Source: Ktedonobacterales bacterium (GTDB lineage: Bacteria > Chloroflexota > Ktedonobacteria > Ktedonobacterales > Ktedonobacteraceae). Taken from it: 64,000 nt of DNA. The notes under the pieces are model-generated. The model had not been told where the DNA came from. It saw only the letters and a list, made by a program, of their open reading frames with translations, and searched no databases. Position numbers and translations under genes: made by a program. The stretch is taken from contig JBBQXY010000002.1 of NCBI GenBank assembly GCA_038209195.1, forward strand, positions 9,606 to 73,605, written 5' to 3'. Positions 41,926 to 52,565 of the stretch are shown one piece after another (within the stretch, counting starts at the first letter, position 1; each line of letters opens with the position of its first letter).

Positions 41926-43092
41926 TTATTTCGCTGAAGTTCTAAAGATTTTGCGCCAAAAGGAACGCTGCGCCTTGTTTTTGCGTGCTTTTTGGGCCCG
42001 TTGCTCGCGTCTGGCAACAGGCGAGGGTGGGCCAAGCGGTCCCGTTGGAGCCTCTGTATCGATCCCAGGGACAGTAGTGGGACGTGTGGGCGATTCGCTG
42101 AAATTCGGCTGTTGCGTTGTGGGGGAGAGAGCCTCAACTCGCACACCAGAAGGCGGTTGGGGCAGTTCCAGGTCCATATAGCGTGGTACTTGCATTTGCG
42201 GGCGTTTCGGTGGGTGAAGCACCACCTTTGGGCGTGGTGGTGGCTCAGGAGTCTCCTGTGCCACTGGCCTCAAGTTGAGTGAGCGCAGGTCTCGTGCGAT
42301 GAGCATAGCCTGCTCATAGCGTTGATTGCGATCGCGTGACATGGCGATGAGAATGATTTGCTCTAGCTCTTGTGAAATATCTGGCACAAGTGCAGCAGGA
42401 GGGCGTAACGGGCCGCTAATAATCGCTTGTGTGAGCTCTGGCAATGACCGTCCGATAAAGGGACGCTGTCCCGTCACCATCTCATAGAGCACCACGCCAA
42501 GCGCGTAGATGTCGCTGCGATTATCTAATGTCTGTCCCCATACTTGTTCAGGCGAGGCATAATAAATGCTCCCGACCAGCGTTTTCGCGACCGTGATTTT
42601 CTGATGGCCGGTGGCGCGCGCCAAGCCAAAATCCATCACTTTGACCTTGCCCCAGCGATCCAACATTAAATTCTCAGGCTTGATGTCACGATGGATCACA
42701 TTGCGCTCACGATAGGCTGAATCGAGGGCATCGGCAATTTGTGCCGCGTACTCAGCCGCCAGATAGTGCGGAATGGTGCCATCTAAATGCAAAAGACTGG
42801 CGAGCGTTGGCCCTTGGACAAATTCCATCACGAAGTAGAGGAGGCCATTTTGCTGGCCCGCGTCAAAGATTTGTACGATATTCGGGTGGTTGAGGCCAGC
42901 GATGATTTGGGCTTCGCGAATAAAACGAGCTACATAGGAAGTATCTTTCGCAAGCGCTTGTGACAATACTTTGACGGCAACTTCGCGGCCCAGGGCGATC
43001 TGGCGACCACGATACACCATCCCCATGGAGCCGCGTCCTATTTCTTCTTCCAACTGATAGCCACCCAGGCACTGGCCTGCCAGTTCATTCAT
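41926..43092 (-). CDS. Hanks-type Ser/Thr protein kinase with Pro-rich basic C-terminal tail
   Basis: Kinase motifs are GRGSMGMVY, VAVKVL, HRDIKPEN, DFGLA and ASPEQ. No TM segment was seen. Confidence 0.9.
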   Translation of the reverse strand: MNELAGQCLGGYQLEEEIGRGSMGMVYRGRQIALGREVAVKVLSQALAKDTSYVARFIREAQIIAGLNHPNIVQIFDAGQQNGLLYFVMEFVQGPTLASLLHLDGTIPHYLAAEYAAQIADALDSAYRERNVIHRDIKPENLMLDRWGKVKVMDFGLARATGHQKITVAKTLVGSIYYASPEQVWGQTLDNRSDIYALGVVLYEMVTGQRPFIGRSLPELTQAIISGPLRPPAALVPDISQELEQIILIAMSRDRNQRYEQAMLIARDLRSLNLRPVAQETPEPPPRPKVVLHPPKRPQMQVPRYMDLELPQPPSGVRVEALSPTTQQPNFSESPTRPTTVPGIDTEAPTGPLGPPSPVARREQRAQKARKNKAQRSFWRKIFRTSAK

Positions 43093-43707
43093 ACTAGTGT
43101 CTGACCTCGAGACCTAATTATCATCAGGTCATGCAAATTCAGTGAAGAACACGTTTTACAAATACTATCCAAAATGATTAAACGTACCAGGAGTGCGTAT
43201 ATAGTGTACGTTAGCTAAAAGTACTTTTCTTACATGCGTCGCGGCAAGAAAGCCCCTGTCTTTCAAGCAGGGGATGAATTGCCGCTTCTGATTGGGGCGT
43301 GGTGGGTGCGGTACATCCGCTTCCCACGCCCGTTGGCACTTGACTTTGAGGTGTCACTATGGTAAACTTCTTGTGTGCTAAGGCACTTCGGCTGACCGGG
43401 CCGAAGAGAGACAGTTCGCACACACCCGCCTCAGCTTCATGAGGTTCTTGCACCGCCACGCAAGATAAAACAGTGCATCTGAAAACGCTGCTTATCCGGC
43501 AAGACTGGATGAGTACGGGTTGCTTGTCAGACCGCCCAGAGCCAGCGATGGTTCGGATGTGTCGTTCGGTGAAGCCAAAGCACCATCTGGTAACAGATAG
43601 TGAGTTGCGGTGGAGGGCAGACACAAGCCCCTCGGCTTTAGACAGGGGTATCTGACCCGTGGAGTGAGATGAATACACTTGCAAGTAAGGGTACATAGGT
43701 AGTGTGA

Positions 43708-43773
43708 GGAGTAAACCTACAGTAGAGAAGGCACGTTCGGGCGAACGTACCTTCTCTACTGTAGGTTTACTCC
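43708..43773 (-). terminator. 32-bp stem hairpin (one mismatch) immediately after sigma-factor stop codon
   Basis: The arms are ggagtaaacctacagtagagaaggcacgttcg and cgaacgtaccttctctactgtaggtttactcc. Confidence 0.65.
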
Positions 43774-44691
43774 TTAATCGAGGTACTCTTTTAGGATGCG
43801 GCTAGCCTGTGGATGGCGTAACTTGCGAATGGCACGCTCTTCAATCTGACGTACCCGTTCGCGAGTCACTTTCAGCTTCTTGCCTACCTCTTCGAGTGTA
43901 TGGTCGTGATCGTCAACCAGTCCGAAGCGTAGTTCAATAACCTGCCTTTCACGGACAGTAAGCTGGTTAAGTACTTTGCGAATCTCTTCGCGCAGCAACT
44001 GTTGCTCGGTAATTTCCATTGGGCCACGATCGCGCGTATCTTCGATGATATCTCCCAAGGTATTTTCCTCTTCTTCGGAAAGGGGAGCATCAAGCGAAAA
44101 TACTTTTTCCGCCCAGATCAACAATTCACTGACACGATCAGCCGTCATACCTAGCCGTTGTCCAATCATTTCAGGGGTAGGTTCGCGCCCCAGCTCCTGG
44201 TAGAGTTGGCGCATCATGCGTTTCACGCGCATGACCTCTTCCATAATATAGACGGGCAGGCGGACAACACGGGTACCTTCTAGAATAGCACGAGTAATGG
44301 CTTGTTTAATCCACCAAGTGGCATAGGTGGAAAAGCGGAAGCCTTTTCTATAGTCGAACTTGGTAACTGCACGAATGAGACCAATGTTACCCTCACCGAT
44401 GAGGTCTTCGAGGGACAAACCTTGGCCGACATACTTTTTCGCAATACTGACTACCAGTCGTAAGTTCGCCTCAATCAGTTGATTGCGGGCATCTTTATCG
44501 CCCATCTCTATGTGTTCCGCGAGATAGGATTCGCGGCCCGCAGTAAGCAGCGAAATGCGTGAAATCTCGCGAAGATAGAGGCGTAAGCTGTCGCTTTGCG
44601 CTAAAGTACTGATATCAGCATCCGGTATAGTTTCGCGTTCTGACTCAATCGGTTTGTCTCGGTCAGCGTCAAACATCACATTTCGTTCCAA
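43774..44691 (-). CDS. RpoD-family (group 1/2) sigma-70 factor
   Basis: Region 2 is [36 protein letters not shown]. Region 4 is [29 protein letters not shown]. The protein is 305 aa. Confidence 0.9.
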   Translation of the reverse strand: MERNVMFDADRDKPIESERETIPDADISTLAQSDSLRLYLREISRISLLTAGRESYLAEHIEMGDKDARNQLIEANLRLVVSIAKKYVGQGLSLEDLIGEGNIGLIRAVTKFDYRKGFRFSTYATWWIKQAITRAILEGTRVVRLPVYIMEEVMRVKRMMRQLYQELGREPTPEMIGQRLGMTADRVSELLIWAEKVFSLDAPLSEEEENTLGDIIEDTRDRGPMEITEQQLLREEIRKVLNQLTVRERQVIELRFGLVDDHDHTLEEVGKKLKVTRERVRQIEERAIRKLRHPQASRILKEYLD

Positions 44692-44889
44692 GTACTTGCT
44701 CTCTCTTCCATCAGCATAGAAGTCGGATTAGTTCAGTATGAAGGTATTGTATCATACAAACGGGTTATTGCAACAATGTTCTCATCTTTTTTGAGAATGA
44801 GATTTCGGAAACAGCGTTTTCTCGCACAAATTCTTATCCTATCTACTACTTCGGCTACTTTGTACATATTCCGTAGGGATGCTGCCCGA

Positions 44890-45861
44890 TTACACCACTA
44901 ATACAACTTTTCCCATGCTTTTGCGATCAGCGATGGCTTGATGGGCCGCAGCGGCCTCGGTAAGCGGGAAAGTTTGTCCAACGATGATTTCCAGTTTACC
45001 GCTGGCGAGATAGCGCATAAGCTCCATCATAGCTCTGGCAATATGATCGGTGCGTCCCAATTGTGAGGTTAGCCAATACCCAATGATGGCCTGGTTTTTG
45101 TACATCAACTGGATGCCCATAAATTGCGTGAGCTGGCTACTCGCTGCACCATAAATAACCATGCGTCCATAGGGAGCCAGACATTGCAAGCTCTTCTCAG
45201 CAATCTTTCCGCCCACCATCTCTAAAATGATATCAGGCCCTTTTCCGCCAGTGGCCTCCTTTACCTGTTCGGCCCAATCAGCTTCGGTATAATTGATGGC
45301 GGCATCGGCTCCTAGTCTGCTCACCAGTGCAAGTTTGCTGCTGTTGCTGGCGGTGCCAATCACTGTAGCGGCACCCATCAGTTTCGCCAATTGTACGGCC
45401 AAGGTGCCGACACCACCAGCAGCGGCATGCACCAAGACACTTTCGCCTGGTTGCATATGGGCGGACTCGCGCAATAATTGATAGGCGGTAATACCTTGCA
45501 CCGGTAAAGCAGCCGCGTGCGTAAAATCGAGGCTCTGGGGAATGGGAATAGCCGAAGTAGCGAGAGCAATAGCATATTCAGCATAGCCTCCCTCGCCGAA
45601 GGCTACTACCCGCGTTCCTAGCGCGGGAGAATGTACCCCAGAACCAAGAGCCGCGACTGTACCAGCAAATTCAACGCCCAATGTCGTTGGGGTACGAGTG
45701 CGCGTAAGATATGCTCCCTGGCGTTGCGCTAAATCTGCAAAGTTAATACCCGCGGCGGCAACTTTGATAAGAACCTGGCCCTCTTGTGGTGTAGGTGTCT
45801 CAACTTCTTCTACATGCATCACCTCAGGGCCACCAGTTTCGTTAATGCGGATTGCTTTCAT
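44890..45861 (-). CDS. zinc-type alcohol dehydrogenase superfamily NADPH:quinone oxidoreductase
   Basis: The nucleotide-binding segment is VLVHAAAGGVGTLAVQLAK. The N-terminus (MKAIRINETGGPEV) is typical of Qor. I placed the start at ATG 45861 after GAGAGGG. The ORF track extends to 45882. Confidence 0.85.
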   Translation of the reverse strand: MKAIRINETGGPEVMHVEEVETPTPQEGQVLIKVAAAGINFADLAQRQGAYLTRTRTPTTLGVEFAGTVAALGSGVHSPALGTRVVAFGEGGYAEYAIALATSAIPIPQSLDFTHAAALPVQGITAYQLLRESAHMQPGESVLVHAAAGGVGTLAVQLAKLMGAATVIGTASNSSKLALVSRLGADAAINYTEADWAEQVKEATGGKGPDIILEMVGGKIAEKSLQCLAPYGRMVIYGAASSQLTQFMGIQLMYKNQAIIGYWLTSQLGRTDHIARAMMELMRYLASGKLEIIVGQTFPLTEAAAAHQAIADRKSMGKVVLVV

Positions 45862-46556
45862 GCTTTGAACCCTCTCTTTCAAACACTTTTGAGATGAAAA
45901 TTATCCTCATGTGCAACGTATAGTGATTGTATCATGTACGTGTCCTGAAACATGTCTTGAGGGTTATTTACACACTGAACCACTGTTGTCATTCACAACG
46001 TATTATGTGTAGAAGTACCAGCTTCACGCTAGGAGTTTACCCAATTTTCTGGCGAATTTCCTAGCTTTAACCCAAAACTGAAACAATAAGCGTCTTTAAT
46101 GCGTCTAAAAAATTATGCTCTGCAATGTGTTGCTATACATAGATACAATTTGATGCATGGGGTTATAATGAGAAGATAGTACTGTATTAGAGCTAAATTC
46201 TCAAAGTAGCGATACACTTGGATGTGTGTCTATGTGTTTAACCGCCTGAATTCTTAATCAATTCATCGTCTTAAGGCCTTTTTCCTGCAATTACTAGCAG
46301 GTAATCGTAAAAGGATTCTCTCGTGAAGTGGCGTTCGTAGTGTCGAAGGGGATAAAACTTGATGTGGTGTAGTCTATGGAGACAGCGAGAGAATGTGTCT
46401 CAATTTTGTAGGATAAAAAAGAGTGGTGTAGGGGTACACCTAGTGTGGCGACGTCTCGAACGCACTGTTTGTGTGCTGCCAACTTACTCCTACGAACACA
46501 TATTGGTTGGTCAGAATGTTTGCTCTGTACAACCTTTTCAGGCGAGGTGAATTTAC

Positions 46557-48875
46557 ATGGACGGCAAGGGTAGTCGCCGCGGAAAATTACGCATAAAATT
46601 TCTTGGGCAATGGCGACGACACAAACATGGTGGGAGCTACCGACGCGATATCGTAAAGTTTCTCGGTACCCATATGCGACTTCTTTTCACCACAATGCTC
46701 CTTTTAGCAGTTGTTGTATTGCTTTTTGGTATCGTCGGTCGATTGCAGTCGCCACAAACCAATACGCCTCCCAATGGCGTCACCGTGATTAACTACAGCA
46801 CGCTATTGCAACAGGTAAAAGCGGGCAATGTGCTGGCCGTAACGCTTCAGGGCAATGCGGTGAATGGGCTACTGGAAAATCCTCTGACACAAAACGCTAC
46901 TGCGATAGCGACGCCAGTTACCCACGGCAACAACAAAGCAGCGGATTTCGCAGCCTGGAGTCGCTATGTTGGGGCAGGCTATCCCTCGTGGCCAAACATG
47001 AGCGCGACGCCAACAATTGACCCCGCACGGGCGGTCTATTCGCTGCTCCCTGTTCATGGCGATGCAAGCCTGATGCAATTGTTGCTCAGCAATCACGTCA
47101 TAGTGAATACGCTAGCAGTTGCCCAACCGCCGCTCTGGATAAGCCTGTTCTGGAAATTCTTACCGCTCGTGTTTTTACTACTGATTTTCCTGATTATCCT
47201 CGCTCCGAAAAAGAATGCACGTCCAATGCGAGCAGCAGATGATCGCATGGCACAAATGGGGAAAAGTCGAGCGCGCCGTTTTGGGCAGGCCAAAGAGACA
47301 CTGCAAACGCCTGGGCTCAACCATAAAGCATCATTGGTGAGCAGATCTTCCACCGCCGGAAAGACTTCCCAAACAAGCAAAGCAGTGGTCAACCTGGAGC
47401 CACCTGTAACCTTTGCTGATGTCGCTGGTATCGATGAGGTGCGTGCCGAGCTTGAAGAAATCGTCCAGTTTTTGCGTAGTCCGGAGCGTTTTAATCGGCT
47501 GGGTGCTCGCATTCCGCGTGGTGCCTTGCTTGTTGGCCCTCCAGGGACAGGCAAAACACTGCTGGCGAAGGCGGTAGCGGGTGAAGCTAGCGTACCATTC
47601 TTTAGTATGAGTTCCTCCGAGTTTGTCGAGATGTTTGTGGGAGTGGGTGCCAGCCGAGTACGTGATCTCTTCAACCAGGCACGCCAAAATGCCCCGTGCG
47701 TCGTCTTTCTGGATGAGATCGATGCAGTAGGTCGCAAACGCTCGATGCGTGCCTCTGGCAATGACGAACGGGATCAGACGCTCAACCAATTGCTGGTGGA
47801 GTTGGACGGCTTCGATGGGCACAAAGCGGTGGTGGTCTTGGCAGCTACCAATCGTGTCGATATCCTGGACAAAGCCTTATTGCGTCCAGGTCGCTTTGAT
47901 CGTACAATTAACGTTTCGCTGCCCGACCGTGTTGGTCGAGAGGCCATCCTCAAGGTGCATTCGCGCAACACCCCTCTACACGAAGAGGTGTCTTTAGAGC
48001 GTCTATCGCGCTTAACGACAGGGATGAGCGGAGCCGACCTGGCTAATCTTGTCAACGAAGCTGCTCTGTGTGCCGCTCGCCAAGACCTGTTGCACATTAC
48101 CCATGACTGCTTCGAGGATGCGCTGGCTCGTGTTCAGCTTGGAGCGTTGCGTCCAATCGTGATGGGCGAGAAAGATCGCCGCATCATCGCGTACCATGAA
48201 GGCGGTCATGCCCTCGTTGCCTATCATCAGCCCCAAGCCGATACCGTCAACCGCGTCACGATTTTACCACGCGGGCAGAGCTTGGGTGTAACCCAGTTTA
48301 CTGCCGAGGAAGACCGTTATAACTATAGCCGCGATACACTGATGGCGCGTATCGCTGTTGGTCTGGGCGGTCGTGCCGCCGAAGAACTGACCTTTGGGCC
48401 AGCGCATGTGACAACCGGAGCTGAGAACGATCTCCAGGTCGTCACTGACCTGGCGCGACGCATGGTTACGCGTTGGGGGATGAGCGAACAAGTTGGCGTC
48501 GTCTTTGCCGACTTCGAACCCGGTGCGATGAGCTTGAATATGGCGCGCATTGACCCCAGCACGCTGCCCTCTCAAGCGCATTCTCTTGTTGCCGATGCCA
48601 ATGGGCGGCTCATGCTCAATGGGAACGACCTTCATGACAGCAGGGACAATTGGCAGAACTTTGCCATGAGTATGCCTGCCGTGCGCAACACAAGCAGTAG
48701 CACAAGCATGGCCATGCTCATTGATACGGAGGTGCAGAATATCCTCAAAGAGGGCTATGCTATAGCTCGTTCCATCTTGAGCGAACATTCCGAGCAACTC
48801 ACCAAACTAGCTGAAGTATTGATGGAACATGAACAACTCGACCGTAAACAGTTCGAGGCGTTGTTCCAAGAATAA
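46557..48875 (+). CDS. ftsH: ATP-dependent zinc metalloprotease FtsH (long N-terminal region)
   Basis: It has Walker A (GPPGTGKT), Walker B (VVFLDEID), the SRH region, and the zinc site HEGGHAL. Confidence 0.95.
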   Translation: MDGKGSRRGKLRIKFLGQWRRHKHGGSYRRDIVKFLGTHMRLLFTTMLLLAVVVLLFGIVGRLQSPQTNTPPNGVTVINYSTLLQQVKAGNVLAVTLQGNAVNGLLENPLTQNATAIATPVTHGNNKAADFAAWSRYVGAGYPSWPNMSATPTIDPARAVYSLLPVHGDASLMQLLLSNHVIVNTLAVAQPPLWISLFWKFLPLVFLLLIFLIILAPKKNARPMRAADDRMAQMGKSRARRFGQAKETLQTPGLNHKASLVSRSSTAGKTSQTSKAVVNLEPPVTFADVAGIDEVRAELEEIVQFLRSPERFNRLGARIPRGALLVGPPGTGKTLLAKAVAGEASVPFFSMSSSEFVEMFVGVGASRVRDLFNQARQNAPCVVFLDEIDAVGRKRSMRASGNDERDQTLNQLLVELDGFDGHKAVVVLAATNRVDILDKALLRPGRFDRTINVSLPDRVGREAILKVHSRNTPLHEEVSLERLSRLTTGMSGADLANLVNEAALCAARQDLLHITHDCFEDALARVQLGALRPIVMGEKDRRIIAYHEGGHALVAYHQPQADTVNRVTILPRGQSLGVTQFTAEEDRYNYSRDTLMARIAVGLGGRAAEELTFGPAHVTTGAENDLQVVTDLARRMVTRWGMSEQVGVVFADFEPGAMSLNMARIDPSTLPSQAHSLVADANGRLMLNGNDLHDSRDNWQNFAMSMPAVRNTSSSTSMAMLIDTEVQNILKEGYAIARSILSEHSEQLTKLAEVLMEHEQLDRKQFEALFQE

Positions 48876-48940
48876 TTAGGAAGACAGCACAATAGCTGGT
48901 CAACCCATGGGTTGACCAGCTATTGTGCTGTCTTCCTAAT
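48875..48940. terminator. perfect 32-33 bp palindrome abutting the ftsH stop codon
   Basis: The arms are attaggaagacagcacaatagctggtcaaccc and gggttgaccagctattgtgctgtcttcctaat, separated by at. Confidence 0.7.
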
Positions 48941-49031
48941 TACCCTCTGGTAAAGATTGACCATTGCCCCTCTGAGCTAATAAAATGCATGAAAGAGTTC
49001 TCTTATCTGAAAAGCAGTAGGGAGTGTATTT

Positions 49032-51356
49032 ATGATTCCTCACGACGATTTTACCCCACATGGCTATCTTGACAATCCGTATCACTCGTGGAAGCTCAAT
49101 CCCAGCGGTGTATTGCGTTCGCTGCCGCCGCTGGGCATGGGTTGGCATGTACCGAACTTAGGAAGTTATGTCAATAATCAATTTCAGTATACAGCTCATC
49201 TGACTCTGGGGCTGAAGATATATGACAGGGTAATGGTGACTCCTGAAGACTTTCGACGCCACAAGTGTGTTATCAGCAGTTCACTACATACGAAGAATCG
49301 CTTTGAATATACCTGTTTTGTGCCAAAGTATGGACTCACGCTCACGGCTCGCTATTTTCTGGTTCATGAAGATGCGCTCGGCTGTATGCTCACATTTTCA
49401 ACGACATCGAAACAACCTGTGCCTGTCACCTGCTATCTGATTCACTGCCATACCCATAATCCTCATACCAGCAGGTTGTGGGAACACGGGTTGTATGCGC
49501 GCCAGGAAGCTGACGGCAGTTATACGATGCTGGGACTGGCAAGCGAAGGCGATGTCTTTGTCCATGGTGTGCGAGCAGCCGATGGCGGCCCATTGGAAAT
49601 CGGCTCTATGGGCTATACCGTCTCCCTTGACGAAATGGCACACTGGGCAGCCGGAAAGCGTGTGGAGCAGCCGCATATCACGCAGCGAGAGGAGAATGGC
49701 TGGCAAGTGCGCACCGTGGCACTACCCTTTGCATTGACGCTCGAAGGCAACCAGCAGCGCATCATCAATACTGTTCTGGCACGAGGAGTATCGCAAGATC
49801 AGGCACTTCAGCATTGGGATGATGGTATTGAGGAGATTGCCTTGGCAGAGGCAGGACATCGCGCTGACGATGAGAAGTTTTGGGAACAAGCGCCACAGCT
49901 TTCAGGTGACTGGCCTGCAAGCTGGAAGCGCGGCTTAGTCTACGATCTAGAGACGCTGCGCATGACGATTCGTCCTTCAGTGGGTGTGATTCCGCAGCCT
50001 TGGGATGGCATGCAAATACAAGCCCCACGCACTGTGTTGGCTGAAGCCGCGATGGATACTCTCTTTCTCAGTTATGCTGATCCCGAATTGGCTGCTGAAG
50101 TCATCCTGGGTCATTTCGAGTCCACTCCGCATGCAAACTTGCCTTGTATGCGCGAGGACGGCAGCTACAATATGGTGGCCGACGATGGACAATTGTGTGG
50201 CACCGCGCCCGAATGGGGATATCCTTTATGGTGCTGCCAGCAACTATGGTTGAGAACGGGCAATCTCTCTTGGTTGAAGCGACTTTACCCTGGTGCGGCT
50301 GCCTACTTGCGCTGGTGGCTCGATCATCGTCGCGATGCGCAAGGCTGGGAAATATACGAGTGCTCATGGGAAAGCGGCCAAGATGTGTCCAGCCGCTTTG
50401 GTCCACAACAAACGGGGGGAACGATCATTGAGCATGTCCGCCCGGTGGATCTTCAGGCAAGCATTGCTCAAAGTGCAGCGATGCTGGCTTCCTGGGCCGA
50501 AGTACTTTCACCAACACACACCGATAAAACGCTTCCTAATCCCTATCAAGCTGACATCGCTTTCTGGCAGGAGATCGCCAACGAGTTCACTGCCAAAACC
50601 CAGCTAATGTGGCAAAATGGTTGGTTCCGCGATTACGATTCTGTGACGCAAGAATGGTCTACTGAGCAGGACACGATGCATCTGGCACCGGTCTTTTGTG
50701 GCGTGGCAAGTCGGGAACAGATGGAGCACCTGCGTCCCTTCCTAGCGCAGCCTCCCAAGCATAGTTCAGGTTGGGCTCCGCTGTCGTGGCCGCCTGTCGT
50801 GATGACACTGATAGGAGCAGCCGCAACCGCACAAATGCCTTTGGATGCTGCTGAACTGGCCTATCGCTTTATCGATGGATCATATCGCAGTACAGATCGT
50901 CGTGAACTGGATGAACATGGTGGTTTGCCTGGTGTGACTCGTGAGTATCGCCAACCGGTGACAGTCGGCGAATGGGGTGAAATCGACTACGTGAATGCTG
51001 GTATCGAGGGTTATGGATGGGGTGCACTCAGCATTCATCTGCTCATACGCCATCTGCTTGGCCTGTATGCCCCTGATTCCAACAGCATTACCTTGGCTCC
51101 GACCCTCCCCGCGGCTCTGCGACGGCCTGGCGCAATCTATAGTATTGCCCCTATTCCCTGGGGGAAGTACACGCTGAGCTTCACCTGCCAAGTGAAAAAT
51201 GGGAACAGCTACGCAGCAACCTTCCATGTGCGTCCACGCGCACATGAAGGCCAGTTGGTGGAAGAGACCGCGGCCCAGTCAGAGAGAGCAGCCGAACAGG
51301 AACATCGCTGGGAAGGAACTTGGGGCGAAGAGCGAACATTTCTGTTTGATCACTAA
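49032..51356 (+). CDS. (alpha/alpha)6-barrel glycoside hydrolase, GH63/MGH1-like (tentative)
   Basis: It is 774 aa. The acidic catalytic-type segment SWESGQDVSSRF resembles the ESGxDxSxR of GH63/GH37-type enzymes. A GGGAG RBS lies upstream. Confidence 0.55.
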   Translation: MIPHDDFTPHGYLDNPYHSWKLNPSGVLRSLPPLGMGWHVPNLGSYVNNQFQYTAHLTLGLKIYDRVMVTPEDFRRHKCVISSSLHTKNRFEYTCFVPKYGLTLTARYFLVHEDALGCMLTFSTTSKQPVPVTCYLIHCHTHNPHTSRLWEHGLYARQEADGSYTMLGLASEGDVFVHGVRAADGGPLEIGSMGYTVSLDEMAHWAAGKRVEQPHITQREENGWQVRTVALPFALTLEGNQQRIINTVLARGVSQDQALQHWDDGIEEIALAEAGHRADDEKFWEQAPQLSGDWPASWKRGLVYDLETLRMTIRPSVGVIPQPWDGMQIQAPRTVLAEAAMDTLFLSYADPELAAEVILGHFESTPHANLPCMREDGSYNMVADDGQLCGTAPEWGYPLWCCQQLWLRTGNLSWLKRLYPGAAAYLRWWLDHRRDAQGWEIYECSWESGQDVSSRFGPQQTGGTIIEHVRPVDLQASIAQSAAMLASWAEVLSPTHTDKTLPNPYQADIAFWQEIANEFTAKTQLMWQNGWFRDYDSVTQEWSTEQDTMHLAPVFCGVASREQMEHLRPFLAQPPKHSSGWAPLSWPPVVMTLIGAAATAQMPLDAAELAYRFIDGSYRSTDRRELDEHGGLPGVTREYRQPVTVGEWGEIDYVNAGIEGYGWGALSIHLLIRHLLGLYAPDSNSITLAPTLPAALRRPGAIYSIAPIPWGKYTLSFTCQVKNGNSYAATFHVRPRAHEGQLVEETAAQSERAAEQEHRWEGTWGEERTFLFDH

Positions 51357-51458
51357 GACAAAGCCTTGATAACCCTTGTCACATACCTGGAAACCATGCT
51401 TAGAAAATTTATTGTTTGTGCAAACTAAACAATAAATTTTTATATCCCTAAAGAAAAG

Positions 51459-51531
51459 CTCAAGAAAATTCGTGATATTCTCAAGAAACACTCAATATAA
51501 TCGGTAATATTCTCAAGAAAATCTCAAGAAA
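51459..51531. repeat. four phased copies of CTCAAGAAA
   Basis: The copies start at 51459, 51480, 51512 and 51523. The spacings of 21, 32 and 11 bp approximate whole helical turns. Confidence 0.7.
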
Positions 51532-51927
51532 CCATGAATATTTGTATATTTTACACAAACATCTTATGGAAACTTGTGGTAGATTACCTCTATCTTCAAA
51601 GTCCTGGCAGAAGTTATACTTTTAGCGATAGGAAGAATAGTAACTCCACATCAATGCTGATGCCTCATTGCAACGCTCGTGCTAAACGAAAATGCTTTCG
51701 CAAATTTTCTATCCTTCACTCACAGCTTTAGCTTCAAATTGCTTGCGCTAACCGCAACAGGAATTGCGACTAGCCCGTTTGTATTGCCCATCTCAACAGG
51801 AGCAGGAGATGTCAAAAGGATCAGGGCTAAAACTGCTGGTATCTTACGTTGGTTCATTTTTGCAGAAAGGACTTATCGCTTAATGTTGAATCTTCTTAGC
51901 ATCGCTGGGTCGCGTATACGCGCGAAT

Positions 51928-52270
51928 ATGAGCGATCCACTCATTCGAAAAAATGTCATCTACTTTATGGGAGGAAAACTCCTAGGTTTTGCACTTGTCC
52001 TCACTGCTATGTGGGTGGTGCTTCCGAACATCGTTCATGCAGCGACGAAGGGCGCAGTTGCTGACATGCCTACCATCAATGCTGTCAACACGGTCTGGAC
52101 GTTGGTAGCAGCTTTCCTTGTATTCTGTATGCAAGTTGGATTTGTAATGTTAGAAGCGGGGTTTGCACGCTCGCGCGAGTCTGTCAATATCCTTGTAGAA
52201 GGTATTGCTGATACCTGTATCTGCGGCGTCCTGTTCTGGGCTTGGGGTTTCGCCTTTATGTTTGAGCCTT
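51928..52270 (+). pseudogene. amt: ammonium transporter (Amt) N-terminal fragment, truncated
   Basis: INAVNTVWTLVAAFLVFCMQVGFVMLEAGFARSRESVNILVEGIADTCICGVLFWAWGFAFMF is Amt TM1-TM3. Homology stops near 52265. No Amt-like sequence continues in any frame. Confidence 0.65.
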
Positions 52271-52565
52271 CCCGAGAACTGTGTACCTGCTTGTTATGGC
52301 TGTGGCAGACGCAAGAAGAACGAACGTGCTCAAGCTCAAATGCGCGTGCAAACATGCCTTTCCAACCGAAAAAACTGGCGTGAGTACGTCCAACCGCACG
52401 GCTTCGCGCCATTGCCTCTTTCATAGCAAACAACGCTCTATCTATCGCCAAACAGTTGTCTTTCTCCTCGCTACTATAGAAAGATGTGGACGCTGCCTAG
52501 AAGGCACCGCCCACATCCAGTGAGTCTTCGTCGGATCGAACCGATATGCTCAGTTGTGCCGACGC

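Noticed and set aside
40058-43092. HEAT-repeat protein plus Ser/Thr kinase as a possible defence or signalling system
   Set aside because: Adjacency is the only evidence. There are no nuclease, ATPase or other effector domains, so I left them as ordinary annotations.
43211-43696. 161-aa minus-strand ORF in the sigma/kinase intergenic region; also tested this region as RNase P RNA, tmRNA or SRP RNA
   Set aside because: The translated sequence is Cys/Ser/Arg-rich, has no RBS and resembles no family. Conserved RNase P (GGAAAGUCCGG / ACAGAACCCGGCUUA), tmRNA (T-arm, CCACCA, tag ORF) and SRP motifs are absent on both strands. I kept it only as an unclassified structured-region finding.
45883-46556. 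670-nt AT-rich spacer between qor and ftsH, examined for small genes, RNAs or repeats
   Set aside because: I found only short low-quality ORFs (46294..46482, 46359..46550) and one small hairpin. It is most simply a divergent promoter region.
47093-47822. Long antisense ORFs inside ftsH (47093..47761, 47331..47822); similar cases are 23370..24068 in the ABC gene, 17260..17982 in cysS, 55022..55906 in the protease gene, 48264..48797, 58594..59070, 60497..61057 and 26208..26699
   Set aside because: Each lies opposite a gene with unmistakable family motifs and has a low-complexity or Arg/Ser-rich composition. They are typical shadow ORFs.
51679-51927. Upstream 83 codons of track ORF 51679..52383
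   Set aside because: This part has no Amt similarity. The Amt-like sequence begins at ATG 51928. The part downstream of ~52270 also loses similarity, so only 51928-52270 is called, as a truncated gene.
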